Assembly (NCBI RefSeq): GCF_009914755.1
Contig: NC_060930.1
Reading direction: 5' to 3' (one strand)
DNA: 64,000 bases
DNA from: the human T2T-CHM13v2.0 reference genome, Homo sapiens
The translations under genes were made by a program, and so were the position numbers. This document shows, piece by piece, positions 22,006 through 63,095 of this stretch. The notes below the pieces were generated by a model. The model was not told the origin of the DNA, searched no databases, and saw nothing but the letters and a program-made list of their open reading frames with translations. Positions within the stretch are counted from its first letter, which is position 1. Every line of letters begins with the position of its first letter.

Positions 22006-22212
22006 TCACTGCTCCCTCCCCAGGAGGTGCCGCAACCTTGGCCAATACAGCCCCAGAGTTAGACAAGCAGACAGAGAAAGTGTGCAGGGCTGGGGTTCTG
22101 GCCCGGGCAGACGGGAACGCGGACACATCTAGCACTCCGAGTCCGTCAAGGCAGCGCGAGCGCTGCGCCGCTGGAACAAGTCACCGCGAACCCTAATCCC
22201 ACCCCTCCTTAC

Positions 22213-22500
22213 CCTATTAACGACAGAAAGCCTCGTTCCGCTGGTCCCTGAACAAAAACTCCTACCCTACTAGTACACAGCCCACAACAATGCACGCTGC
22301 CGGCGCTACAGCCCCTAAGCAACCGGCCGGAAGTCGGCCCCACCTCCTCCTGATGTCACGGAAATGAAGGGCTTCGCAGAGGATGTCCCGCCCGCTCCCT
22401 TCAGACGGGCGTAGCTGGCACCTTCCTGAGATATGCCTGCTTGCCCCCGATTTTTTTCTCCTTGCAGTGAGAACCTCCTCATGTGGCATCTTTACTTATT
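22213..22500 (-). other. C6orf52: C6orf52 non-coding exon 1 (5' end approximate)
   Basis: Minus-strand donor TAGG|gtaagg at 22213/22212 inside the CpG island. Confidence 0.55.
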
Positions 22501-22704
22501 CTCTTCTTGGAAAATCCATGTGACCTCCCCGCGCTTAAAGTGTTTCCACGTTACAGGCGACTTAAAGGCAGCCCTGGAGCCTGACGTATAATTCGAGCGC
22601 CGATGCAGAAAGGAGTCAGGTGTTTTTTTTTTTTTTTTTTTGGTTTCCGGTTCTGTCACCTCCAGGCTGAGCCGGGCTGGCGGAAGAGGCACGTGCGCTG
22701 CTGA

Positions 22705-37171
<14,467 letters not shown>

Positions 37172-37438
37172 ATCACAGATGTCTCCTGAAAGAACTCTTT
37201 TAGATGAAATCATTCTACTCAAATGTACCTTAATTTTTTTTTTTTCCCTGAGTAAAAGCAAGAAATTTCTTCCTTTGGAAAAAATATATATATTAAAAAA
37301 CCACTTTTAGATGGTTTTTTTTAAAAAAAAAAAAAAAACTGGTAAAATTACTTTTGGCAGACAGTGTTTTATGAATTATGTATCATGTTGATATATAATA
37401 TGTTAATGTGTCATGTAATTTTTACTTTGTACAAAGCA

Positions 37439-37444
37439 AATAAA
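37439..37444 (+). terminator. PAK1IP1 polyadenylation signal
   Basis: AATAAA about 270 nt after the stop codon, in an AU-rich 3' UTR. Confidence 0.8.
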
Positions 37445-37760
37445 GATCTTTCTCAAAATATACTGTAAAATAATATAAAATATTGAACACATTCTTTATC
37501 AGATTTGGATGAAGGAGTCATTATTCAAAATTTTCTCTTAAATGGGAAAGAATTTAAGAACTGCCTTTGGCTTCTTCAAATGGTAAGTAGTAATTTTAGA
37601 TTTTCATACCAACCAGACAAACTTAAAAGATTATACATATATAATTATACATATCTATGAAACAAACATATGCTTAAGTGTAGGACCACGTACCTAAGAT
37701 TATAGAGAGATTGCCAGACTTTAAACTACTTTGCTTCCAAGTAGTAGATGTACAAAATAA

Positions 37761-37940
<180 letters not shown>

Positions 37941-38389
37941 TGAGACCAGCATGGGCAACATAGGGAGACTGTCTCTCCCAAAAAATTAGCTAGATGTGGT
38001 GACATGCTCCCAGCTACTCAAGAGGCGGAGGTGGGAAGGATGGCTTGAGCCCAGGATGTGGAAGTTACGGTGAGCTGCGACTGCACCACTATACTCCAGC
38101 CTGGACAACAGAGCCAGACCCTGTCTTAAAAAAAAGAAAGAAAGAAAAAGACATTATTGGGGATCCATAGGTTTGAATTAGCCAGGCAGATACTAGATAC
38201 CTGAGACCATCAGGAGAATCACTTCTGATTAGGCAGAATAAGAACGGGCACTGGAATTGCCACTCCATAGGAATAAATTGTCTAGGAAATGAACCAAATT
38301 GTGTGCTTAATATCAGTCTACTCCTTTGTTAGCTTATTTCATAAGCTATTAGCATAAATGTAGGTCGTTGGCTTTTTTTTTTCTCAATT

Positions 38390-45300
<6,911 letters not shown>

Positions 45301-45377
45301 TCCTATGAGTTATATAAACATTATTTAAAATGCTGCTTTTCTTTCTTTACACTGTTTGTTCGTTTCTTTGTTTTTGA

Positions 45378-45545
<168 letters not shown>

Positions 45546-46044
45546 TAAATCATAGCTGTACCACTGACAAAGACCGTAGATAATACAATTCTCTGAGGTT
45601 GAGTTTCTTCAAGTATAAGGTGAGGGGGAGAGTGCGGGAATCATGGTGGATGATCCTAATTAAGGTTTGAGGCTTGCGCCTGCATAGGGAAGAATGAGCC
45701 CCTAAAGCCGTTCCTGCAGGTTAAGACAAGTCTCCCTATTAATTGTTCAGGAAGGTCTTCAATTAAATTGAAGGTCTGGCATACTGCAATTCCTGCAAGT
45801 TCTTAGTCATTATCAGCGTTGGCTGGTTAGAATCAGCTGTGATAAACAAGGGCTTCAATTTTGCTATCTGCAAGGTAGGTGCTGCCACAAGTGGAAAGTT
45901 TGTCTTTAAGAATATACGCCGCGACCGGGCATGGTGGCTCACACCTGTAATCCCGACACTTGTGGGAGGCCCAGGCAGGCAGATTGCTTGAGGCTGGGAG
46001 TGTGGGACCAGCCTGGCCAACATGGTGAACCACTGTCTCTACTA

Positions 46045-46713
<669 letters not shown>

Positions 46714-46873
46714 ACAGCAAAACTCCATCTCAAAAAAAAAAAAAAAAGCAAAAACCATGCTACAAAGGCCAGCAAAGCAGCTCATGCCTCTAATCCCAGC
46801 ACTTTGGGAGACTGAGGTGGGCAGATGAGATTAAGAGTTTGAGACCAGCTGGGCCAACATGGTGAAACCCCAT

Positions 46874-49840
46874 TGTGTCTGGACTTTGTGGGTTCGTCTT
46901 GCTGACTTCAAGAATAAAGCCACAGACCCTCATGATTGAATGTTACAACTGTTAAAGATGGTGGGTCCAAAGTTTGTTCCTTCCGACATTCAGACATTAT
47001 CTAGTTTCTTCCTACTGGTGGGTTCACGGTCTCACTGATTTCAGGAATGAAGCTGCAGGCCTTTGCAGTGAGTGTTACACCTCTTAGAGGTGGCACATCT
47101 GCAGTTACTTGTTCTTTCTGGTGGGTTTGTGCTCTCTGCTAGCCTCAGCAATAAAACCACCAACCTCTGCAGTCAGTGCTACAGTTCATAAAGGTGGCAC
47201 ATCCAGTTTTTCATCTGCTTTCAGTGGGTTTGTGGTCTCACTAGCTTCAGAAGCAAAACTGTAGCCTTATCACGGTGAGTATTAAAACTCATAAACATTG
47301 CACGGATCTAAAGAACTATCAGCACCAACATTTATTGCAAAAAGCAAAAGAACAAAGCTCTGTCAGCCCAAGAAAACACCCAAGCACGTTTCCCCTACTG
47401 GCTGTGGGTGGCCAGTTTTTATTCCCTAATCTGGCCACACCCACATCCAGCTGATTGGTCCATTTTACAGAGTGCCGATTGGTGCATTTGCAAACCTTTA
47501 GCTAGACACAGAGTGCTGATTGGTGCGTTTACAATCCTTTGGCTAGATACAAAAGTTCTCCAAGTCCTGACCAGATTAGCTAGACACAGAGCGCTGATTG
47601 GTGCGTTTACAAACCTTTAGCTAGACAAAAAACTGCTGACTGGTGCATTTACAATCCTTTAGCTAGACACAAAAGTTTTCCAAGTCCCCACCCGTCCCAG
47701 AAGCCCAGCGGGCTTCACCTCTCGCTGGGAGTTGGGTGGGACTTTTTGGCAACTAGCCTGGGCACTCCGGGAGCTCCTCCCACACAACCAAGAGGAAAAG
47801 AGGAGGAGAGAGACAGAGACCCGCCATCGTGGCCAACGACCCCGCCAAGAGGGAACGGCGGTCCACGCACTGGACCCAGCCTCCGATCAAGCCCAGCAGG
47901 GGCCGGCAGGTCGCGCCAAGTGCGGGGCCCACCGAGCCTGCGCCCACCTGGAACCCGGGGCAGCGCAGCCCCAGTCCCCGCCTGCGCCTCTCCCTCCACG
48001 CCTCCCCACGAGCAGATGGAGCCGGCTCCGGTCTCGGCCAGCCCCAGGGAGGGCCCCGCACAGCGCAGCGGCGGGCTGAAGGGCTCCTCGAGCCTGGCCG
48101 ATGCTAAGGAGGCACCGAGAGCAAGCGAAGGCTGCTAGTGAGAGGTGACGACGTGCTGGCAGTCCTCAGAGCCCTCGCTCTCGGCGCCTCCTCTTCCTGG
48201 GCTCCCACTTTGGAGGCACTTGAGCCCTTTAGCCCACCGCTGCACTGTGGGAACCCCTTTCTGGGCTGGCCAAGGCCAGAGCTGGCTCCCTCAGCTTGCA
48301 GGGAGGTGTGGAGGAAGAGGCGCGAGCGGAAACCAGGGCTGCGCGCGGCGCTTCCGCGCCAGTTGGAGTTCCGGGTGGGCGTGGGCTTGGCGGGCCCCGC
48401 ACTCGGAGCAGCCGGCCGGCCGGCCCTGGGCAATGAGGGGCTTGGCACCCAGGCCAGCGGCTGCAGAGGGTGTACTGGGTCCCCCAGCAGTGCCAGCCCA
48501 CCGGCGCTGCGTTGGATTTCTCGCGGGGCCTTAGCTGCCTTCCGACGGGGCAGGGCTCGGAACCTGCAGCCCGCCATGCCTGAGCCTCCCACCACCTCCG
48601 TGGGCTCCTGTAGGGCCCGAGCCTCCCTGATGAGCACCACCCCCTGCTCCACAGGGCCCAGTCCCATCAACCACCCAAGAGCTGAGAAGTGTGGGCGCAG
48701 GGCGCAGGATTGGAAGGCAGCTCCACCTGCAGCCCTGGTGTGGGATCCACTGGGTGAAGCCAGCTGGGTTAAGTCTGGTGGGGAGGTGGAGAACCTTTAT
48801 GTTTAGCTCAGGGATTGTAAATACACCAATTGGCACTCTATATCTAGCTCAAGGTTTGTAAACACACCAATCAGCCCCCTGTGTCTGGCTCAGGGTTTGT
48901 GAATGCACCAATGGACACTGTATCTAGCTACTCTGGTGGGGACCGTGGAGAACCTTTATGTCTAGCTTAGGGATTGTAAATACACCAATCGGCACTCTGT
49001 ATCTAGCTCAAGGTTTGTAAACACACCAGTCAGCACCGTGTGTCTAGCTCAGGGTTTGTGAATGCACCAATCCACACTCTGTATCTAGCTACTCTGGCAG
49101 GACCTTGGAGAACCTTTGTGTGGACACTCTATAGCTAATCTGGTGGGGACGTGGAGAACTTTTGTATCTAGCTCAGGGATTGTAAACGCACCAATCAGCA
49201 CCCTGTCAAAACAGACCACTCGGCTCTACCAATCAGCAGGATGTGGGTGGGGCCAGATAAGAGAATAAAAGCAGGCTGCCCAAGCCAGTAGTTGTAACGC
49301 ACTTGGGTTTTCTTCTATGTGGAGGAGGCTTTGTTCTTTCTCTTTTTCTTTTTGCAACAAATATTGCTGTTGCTCGGTGCTTAGGTCCTGTGTTGTCTTT
49401 ACAAGTGGTAACGCTCACTGCGAAGATTTGCAGTTTTGCTCCCAAAGCTACGAAGACCACGATCCCACCGGAAAGAACAAACATATTCCAGACGCACTGC
49501 CTTAAGAGCTTTAACATTCGTTATAGAAGTCTGTAGCTTTGCTCCTTGAGCCAGTCCAAAGCTAGGGAGACCACGATCCCACCGGGAAGAACAAACAATT
49601 CCAGACACACTGCCTTAAGAGCTTTAACATCCACCACAGAGGTCTGTAGCTTTGCTCGTTGAGCCAGTGAGACAGCAAACCCACCAGCAGAAAAACTCCC
49701 TGAATACTTCTAAACATCGGAAGAAAAACTCTAGAGACACTGCTTTTAAGAACTAACACTCATCGCGAGGGTCTGCAGCTTTCTCAAGTCAGACCAAGAA
49801 GCCATCAATTTTGAACACACTGGCACGTTGTGATCTCTCA
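46874..49840 (-). mobile_element. HERV9 solo LTR (LTR12 family), split by the LTR12C insertion
   Basis: 46874-48138 is reverse-complement LTR12 with ATTGG repeats; its last about 20 nt resume at 49820-49840; TSD CCAT/CTAT inside an Alu. Confidence 0.85.
48139..49819 (+). mobile_element. HERV9 solo LTR, LTR12C-like
   Basis: Starts TGAGAGGTGAC..GTGCTGGCAGTCCTC; GC-rich U3; tandem CCAAT repeats; AATAAAA box 49264-49270; ends ..ACACA; TSD CTAG/CTGG. Confidence 0.9.
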
Positions 49841-50439
49841 CTATCTCCACTAAAAATAACAAAAATTAGCCTGGCAGCCAGGGGTGGTGGTACAGGCCTA
49901 TAATCCCAGCTACTCAGGCAGCTGAGGCAGGAGAATCAGTTGAACATGGGAGTCAGAGGTAGTGGTGAGACAAGATCATACGCTGCACTCCAGCCTGGGC
50001 AATAGAGTGAGACTCCACATAAAAAAAAAAAAAACTTGGCTGGAATTCGCTTTATTCACTGACAATTATATTGGTCAGATTTGTGTATGTTGATACTTGT
50101 AGGGGATGGAGAGGGAGAAGTCAACGATGACAGCAAATTTTAGTGTAGAGCAACTAAGAGAATGGTGGTGCAGGAAACGGAATAGGAGTGACTCCAAGTG
50201 GGAATGGAGATAATATGCTGTGGATATTTTGGGTCCACAGAGCTGGGTAAAAATCAGGTTTAAGATGCTTCTCAAGCAGCCTCACTCCCTAAAACAAACG
50301 GATATTTGGCTTTGAGCCACATTATTCTGCAGCCCCCGTATTTTCTTCCAGGCAGGCCCTTCCTGGTGTAGACAAGATCGGGCTTGAGTGACACTCCTCC
50401 CTGATGGCCTGCATCTGGTTTATACCCTGTAACTTGTTC

Positions 50440-51130
50440 CTCTATTAATGGGGTCCTTCAAAATCCAGCCTCAGATTCCCTGGTCCCGCAGCGGTGGCCT
50501 CACCTCTGGCGTGGCCGAGCTCACGTGGTCCGGCTTGTGCAAGTCCCAGGTCCAACTCCGGGTCTCCTGCTTTTGGCCACTCAGGATTGGACCTGGGACT
50601 GATACTGGTCGGCCCTGCAGGCGCTGCGGACAGGGGAAGCACAGAGATTCCCCGCCGCGTTCCCTGGACTCAGGAGCTCGCCGCGATGCCCCGCCCCACT
50701 CTCCACCCGCTGAATGCAGGGCGCATGCTGCTACTTGGCGGCTCAAGCCCCGCCCGCACCGTCCCCATTCTCTGACCGCCCCTCTCCCGGTACACTGCGC
50801 AGGCACAACAGAGCCGCTCCCCTCTCCTCGCCCCGCCACCGGGACGGAGAGCGCCCGCCGCTGCATTTCCGGCGACACCTCGCAGTCATTCCTGCGGCTT
50901 GCGCGCCCTTGTAGACAGCCGGGGCCTTCGTGAGACCGGTGCGAGTATTTGGGGATTATTCTTATTTTCTGCCACTTTTAACTTTTAGGGATTATTTAGG
51001 AGTTTCACGGCCGTCTGCTTTTCGTCCCCCCGATTCAGCGGGCCTTCAGGCCGTGTGGTCGGTGCTTTTCTCGTTGGGTATTTTCTGCTTTTAAAAGAAG
51101 TTGTGGATGCGCGGAGCCCCTGGGCTCCTG
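50440..51130 (+). promoter_or_regulatory. TMEM14C CpG-island promoter
   Basis: CpG-rich; several CCCCGCCC GC boxes; CACGTG 50522-50527; NRF1-like GCGCATGC (50721) and TGCGCAGGCA (about 50796). Confidence 0.85.
50860..50938 (+). other. TMEM14C: TMEM14C non-coding exon 1 (5' end approximate)
   Basis: Lies in the CpG island and ends at donor CCG|gtgcga; next acceptor ctgcag|GTGCAGG at 52267. Confidence 0.7.
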
Positions 51131-52310
51131 AGGCAAAGGCTTACCCATGTAGCATAGTGTTGCCTCGTTTCTTGGTGATTTTCTTGCTCCATCTCTTTAA
51201 AAGCCTCCCTTACTCGGTGCCGTCTCGAGTTAAGAACTGTGGGCAAGATCCCAAGCCCGCTGCCCTTCCCTGTTTTATGGAAACTTAATTCTTTTTTTTT
51301 TTTTTTTTGTCCTTGAGGGAGGGACTTGCTCTGTCGCCCATGCTTGAGTGCAGTTGCCTGAATATGTCTCATTGCAGCCTCTGCCTCCTGGGCTCAAGCC
51401 ATCCTCCCACTTCAGCCTCCCAAGTAGCTGGGATTTACAGTCGCATATCACCATGCGCGATTAATTTTTTTATATTTTTTAGTAGACAATGGGTTTCACT
51501 ATGTTGGCCAGGCTGGTCTTGAACTCCTAACCCCAGGTGATCCGCCCGCCTCGGCCTCCTAAAGTACTGGGATGACAGGCGTCAGCCACTGCGCTTGGCC
51601 TAATTCTTTAAACAGAATAAACGGGGTATGCATTGCTTTCATCTTTTGGCTCACTGGACACAGGATACTTTCTGTAAGAAAATAGAAGCTGTTTTTCCAA
51701 GGGTGTAGTGTCACATGTGAATATGACCACTGTTTCCGTATATTTTATCCTCTCCTACTACTGCCCTCCTAACAAGAACTGTGAGTTGGACGCAGAAGTT
51801 TCTAAAAAAGTTGAGCTTTGAAATTGGCTGTTGCAGCAGGGATGAAAAGCAACACCCCTACCTCCCCTCAAAAGAGACATTAAAGTAGTTGGATTAAGGG
51901 CACGGGAGTATTTGCTTTTGAATTTAGTGATAACATGGGTAGCTGATGAAATGACTAACACATTCCCTGATTTTAGAGCTGGTCAGTGGATCTTGCTGAG
52001 TTTCCCGTGGGCCTATGTGATTAAAACTGAGGTTTTCATGACAATGGTCAGCATCTGTTCAGGGTTTACTAGGTGCTAAGCACCTTTACATGTGACATCC
52101 ATTGAATGCTCACTACAGCCCCAGGAAATCGGTACCAGTGTTATCCTCATGGTACAGTGAAGAATACTGAGACTTAGGTTGCGTAGCTTGCAGGTTGGAC
52201 ACACTTCTTTCTGACTGCTGGAGAGCTGTGCTTTTAACTACCTCTGATCCAGCTTGTTTTCTGCAGGTGCAGGCCTGGGGTAGTCTCCTGTCTGGACAGA
52301 GAAGAGAAAA

Positions 52311-58363
<6,053 letters not shown>

Positions 58364-58803
58364 CAGAAGTCATGTTCCAGCTTAGACTGATGAAGAATTA
58401 AAAATCTGCATCTTCCACTATTTTCAATATATTAAGAGAAATAAGTGCAGCATTTTTGCATCTGACATTTTACCTAAAAAAAAAGACACCAAACTTGGCA
58501 GAGAGGTGGAAAATCAGTCATGATTACAAACCTACAGAGGTGGCGAGTATGTAACACAAGAGCTTAATAAGACCCTCATAGAGCTTGATTCTTGTATATT
58601 GATGTTGTCTTTTCTTTCTGTATCTGTAGGTAAATCTCAAGGGTAAAATGTTAGGTGTCAGCTTTCAGGGCTCTGAAACCCCATTCCCTGCTCTGAGGAA
58701 CAGTGTGAAAAAAAGTCTTTTAGGAGATTTACAATATCTGTTCTTTTGCTCATCTTAGACCACAGACTGACTTTGAAATTATGTTAAGTGAAATATCAAT
58801 GAA

Positions 58804-58809
58804 AATAAA
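58804..58809 (+). terminator. TMEM14C polyadenylation signal
   Basis: AATAAA about 440 nt after the stop codon. Confidence 0.75.
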
Positions 58810-60647
58810 GTTTACTATAAATAATATTTCCTATGGGGTCTTCATTGCCAGAGCTGTCTAGTTCATAGAATGAGATATTGCTAGCAGCAAGATATAGAAA
58901 CATGAAAGTATTTTGTTAATATTTAGAAATTACCTATTTTGAATAACTTAAGGACCAAGGAAACTTATTTGATTGTACATTGCATTGAAGCTTGTTTCAA
59001 AAATGACCTCTGAGGATTTTTTTTGTTTTTCAAGAGACAAGGTCTTTCTCTGTTGCCTAGGCTGGAGGGCAGTGGTGCAATCATATGTCACTGTAGCCTC
59101 AAACTCTTGGGTTCAGTCATCCCACCTCAGCCTCCTGAATAGCTGGTACTACTGGTGCATACCACCACACCCAGCTAATGTACTTTTTTTTTTTTTGGAG
59201 ATGCAGTCTTGCTCTGTTGCCCAGGCTGGTCTCAAACTCCTGGTCTCAAGTGATCCTCTCGCTTTGGCCTCCCAAAATGTACTGGAGTAATAAGCATGAC
59301 CTACTGTACCTGGCCACTGAGGTTTTCTTCTTTTTTTTTTTTTTTTGAAACGGAGTTTCGCTCTTGTTGCCCAGGCAACCTCTGCCTCCCGGGTTCAAGC
59401 CATTCTCCTGCCTCAGCCTCCCAAGTACCTGGAATTACAGGCATGCGCCACCATGCCCGGCTAATTTTGTATTTTTAGTAGAGACGAGGTTTTCCATGTT
59501 GGTCAACCTGATCTCAAACTCCCGACCTCAGGTGATCCGACTGCCTCAGCCTCCCAAAGTGCTGGGATTACAGGTGTGAGCCACCATGCCCGGCAGCCAC
59601 TGAGGATTTCTAAAGTTAGGACTGTGGGCTGGGCACGGTGGCTCACGCCTGTAATCCCCACACTTTGGGAAGCCGAGGCAGGCGGGTCACAAGGTCAGGA
59701 GTTCGAGACCAGCATGGCCAATGTGCTAAAACCCCATCTCTACTAAAAATACAAAAATTAGCCAGGTGTGGTGGCGGGCGCCTGTAGTCCCAGCTACCAG
59801 AGAGGCTGAGGCAGGAGAATCACTTCAACCCGGGAGGCAGAGGTTGCAATGAGCCAAGACCGCGCCACTGCACTCCAGCCTGGGCGATGAGACTCTATCT
59901 CAAAAAAAAAAAAAAAAAAAAAAATTAGGATTGTGTAGCAAAATTAAAAGGTGATTTTTTTGTTGTAATTAGTTCATACATAAATGTGAAACTAGAAGAC
60001 CCATCTAGAGCTTGAATCACCTAGTTTGGTGTCTTTGTTGGACACATTAACTGGATACTGGTACCGTTTCAACACGAAGAATTAACTCAATCTGGTAGCC
60101 CTTGCTTTAGTTTTCATTCCGTCTTTAAAAAGGAAAACATACCATGTTCTCTACCCTGTTACTGCTTCAGAGTTTAATTCAGGCACTTTATGTATTTGCA
60201 TAAGCCCCTTGAAAGTGGTCCTAGTTTTCCATCCTTTTTTATAGGACACTGAACAACTAAGGGCACTTGTGTTGGAGTGATAGAGGCATCAGAAGGCCAT
60301 AGACCATCCAAACCTACCATCCTCCCAGGCTTCCATAGCTAAGAGTTTGAATCATGTTGGCCCTTTCATGTGTCATGCAGTGTTGCCAAAGGGCACACAT
60401 TTTTGCCACCTTCAGTCCTAGAGGAGGACCTGGCTCCTGAATGACAAGGTTCCCTGAAGGTGGGATTAGTTTAGGTGCCAAGTAGACTGTAACTATTTGG
60501 TCCCCAGCAATCAACCTGGAAAATTCTAAGGCTGCCCACAGATGAGAGGCAAGAGGTCTTCATAGCTCTTGCCAAGTCCCCTTGTCCCTGCTTCTCTGCA
60601 AAAATCCCTGAATATTTACTATCGTTAAGGGTTGTACTGGGTCCTGG

Positions 60648-61484
60648 TGGGTCCGGAATTGGTTCCTTCCAGTACACTCTTGGTGTTGCCAACTTCAAGA
60701 ATGAAGCCTTAGACCCTCGAAGTAAGTGTTACAGTTCCTAAAAGATTGTGAGTCCGGAGTTTCTTTCTTCTGGTGGGTTCGTGGTCTCGCTGATTTCAGG
60801 AGTGAAGCTGCAGACCTTCGCTGTGAGTGTTAACAGCTTTTAAATGTGGCGCGACCAGAGTTCATTACTCCCTTGCGGTTTTGTAGTCTCCCTGACTTAA
60901 GGCGTGAAGCCGCAAACCTTCAGTGTTACAGCTCTTAAAGGTGGCGTGCCCAGAGTTGTTCTTTCCTCCCAGTGGGTTCGCTGACTTCAGGAGTGAAGCC
61001 AGACCTTCGCACGGAGTGTTACAACTCTTAAAAGCGGCACGTCTGGAATTGTTTGTTCCTCCCCATGGGTGCGTGGTCTTGCTGATTTCAGGAGTAAAAC
61101 CACAGACTTCTACGGTGAGTGTTACAGCTCATAAACATAGAGCAGACACAAAAACTGAGCATCAGCAAGATTATAAAGATCAAACTACCCACAGGAGGGA
61201 AGAGTACCCAAGCTGCTGTTGGCTCCGGTTGCCAGGTTTTATTCCCTAATTTGGCCCTGCCCACATGCTGCTGATTGGTCCATTTTTACAGAGTGCTGAT
61301 CCGGCGTTTACAAACCTTTAGCTAGACACAGAGTGCTGATTGGTGCGTTTTTACAGAGTGCTGATTGGTGTGTTTACAAACCTTTAGGCACAGAGCACTG
61401 ATTGGGTGTTTACAATGCTTTAGCTAGACAAAAAAGTTCTCCAAGTCCCCACCAGACCTGGAGAGCAGCCGGCTTCACCTCTCA
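60648..61484 (-). mobile_element. HERV9 solo LTR (LTR12 family)
   Basis: TGGGTCCGGAATTGG...GGCTTCACCTCTCA; GATTGG repeats; TSD CTGG/CTAG. Confidence 0.88.
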
Positions 61485-62126
61485 CTAGCAGTGCAAAGAA
61501 CAAGCCATGGTGCTTGCCCTTCTGGAGTCTAGTGGAGGAGATGGACATCTAAACAAAGGCAGTATAGAAATAAGTGTATAATGGAGGTAGATCCATATTA
61601 CTGTGGGGGCACAAGGAGGGGAGTGGGCATTTCTGTTAGGGAGTCAAGGTAGGCTTCACAAAGGAACCAATAGTTAAACTGAGTCTTGTCAGTTGATTCA
61701 CGAGTCAGTTGACGTGCACTCCTTTTGTGAGTTGTCTATGAGGAATTCACAGACAAGGACAGGGCAAATGTCTCAGGTAGAGGGAGCAATATATACTGTG
61801 CCTCAAAGGCATGAAACTAGGTATTACAACTGGGTTCAACCCTTTCCTTAGAGATCTAATTCTTTTTAATGGCTTTTAAGTTGTATAGATGTTTACTACT
61901 TAGTTTACCATTCTCCTACTCATAGAAATATGTCTTATTTAATACCTCTGATAGCCGGGCGCGGTGGCTTATGCCTGTAATCCCAGCACTTTGGGAGGCC
62001 GAGGTGGGTGGATCACGAGGTCAAGAGATCGAGACCGTCCTGGCCAATATGGTGAAACCCCATCTCTACTAAAAATACAAAAATCAGCTGGGTGTGGTGG
62101 CGTGCACCTGTAGTCCCAGCTACTCA

Positions 62127-62276
<150 letters not shown>

Positions 62277-62354
62277 TCATGACTGTAATCCCAGCACTTT
62301 GGGAGGCCGAGGAGGGCAGATCACAAGGTTAAGAGATCAAGATCATCCTGGCTA

Positions 62355-62676
<322 letters not shown>

Positions 62677-62764
62677 TCAGAAGAAAATGCACCAATTTAC
62701 CCTACTTCCAGTGGTGGCTAACTTTGTGGAATTGGACTTTTTAAAAATCTTTGACACATGAAGC

Positions 62765-63095
62765 TAGGAGTCTGCAAACTTTTTCTGTAAAGGGCCAGAT
62801 ATGAATATTTTAGGCTTCGCAGGCCATCTTTGTCCCAGCTGCTCATCTCTGCCTTTGTAGGATGAAAGCAGCCATAGCCAATAAGTAAATAAGCAAGGGT
62901 GACTGTTCCAATAAAACTGTACTTATGGGCCTTGAAATCTGGATTTCATATGATTTCTACATATTACAAAATAGTAATCTTATTTTTATTTTCTTCAACC
63001 ATTTAAAAATGCAAAACCGTTCTTAGCTTGCTGTCTGCACAAAAACAGGCAATGGACTAGAATTAGCTCACTGACCATAGTCATGCCACCCCCGA
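62765..63095. mobile_element. MER58-like hAT element
   Basis: gcaaactttttctgtaaagggccagat...gttccaataaaac motifs. Confidence 0.65.

Noticed and set aside
47715-48836. Long overlapping ORFs (up to 222 aa) on both strands
   Set aside because: They lie wholly within GC-rich LTR12 U3 sequence, where stop codons are rare; no domain or splice support.
48780-49760. Regularly spaced repeats as a novel array
   Set aside because: These are the known internal CCAAT (U3) and U5 tandem repeats of LTR12.
50448-50933. 161-aa ORF over the TMEM14C promoter
   Set aside because: Pro/Arg-rich CpG-island ORF with equally long antisense ORFs; it starts upstream of the likely TSS.
60644-60647. Same CTAG/CTGG TSD at two LTR12 insertions as evidence of target specificity
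   Set aside because: Two 4-bp matches are too few to separate from chance or the weak palindromic preference of integrases.
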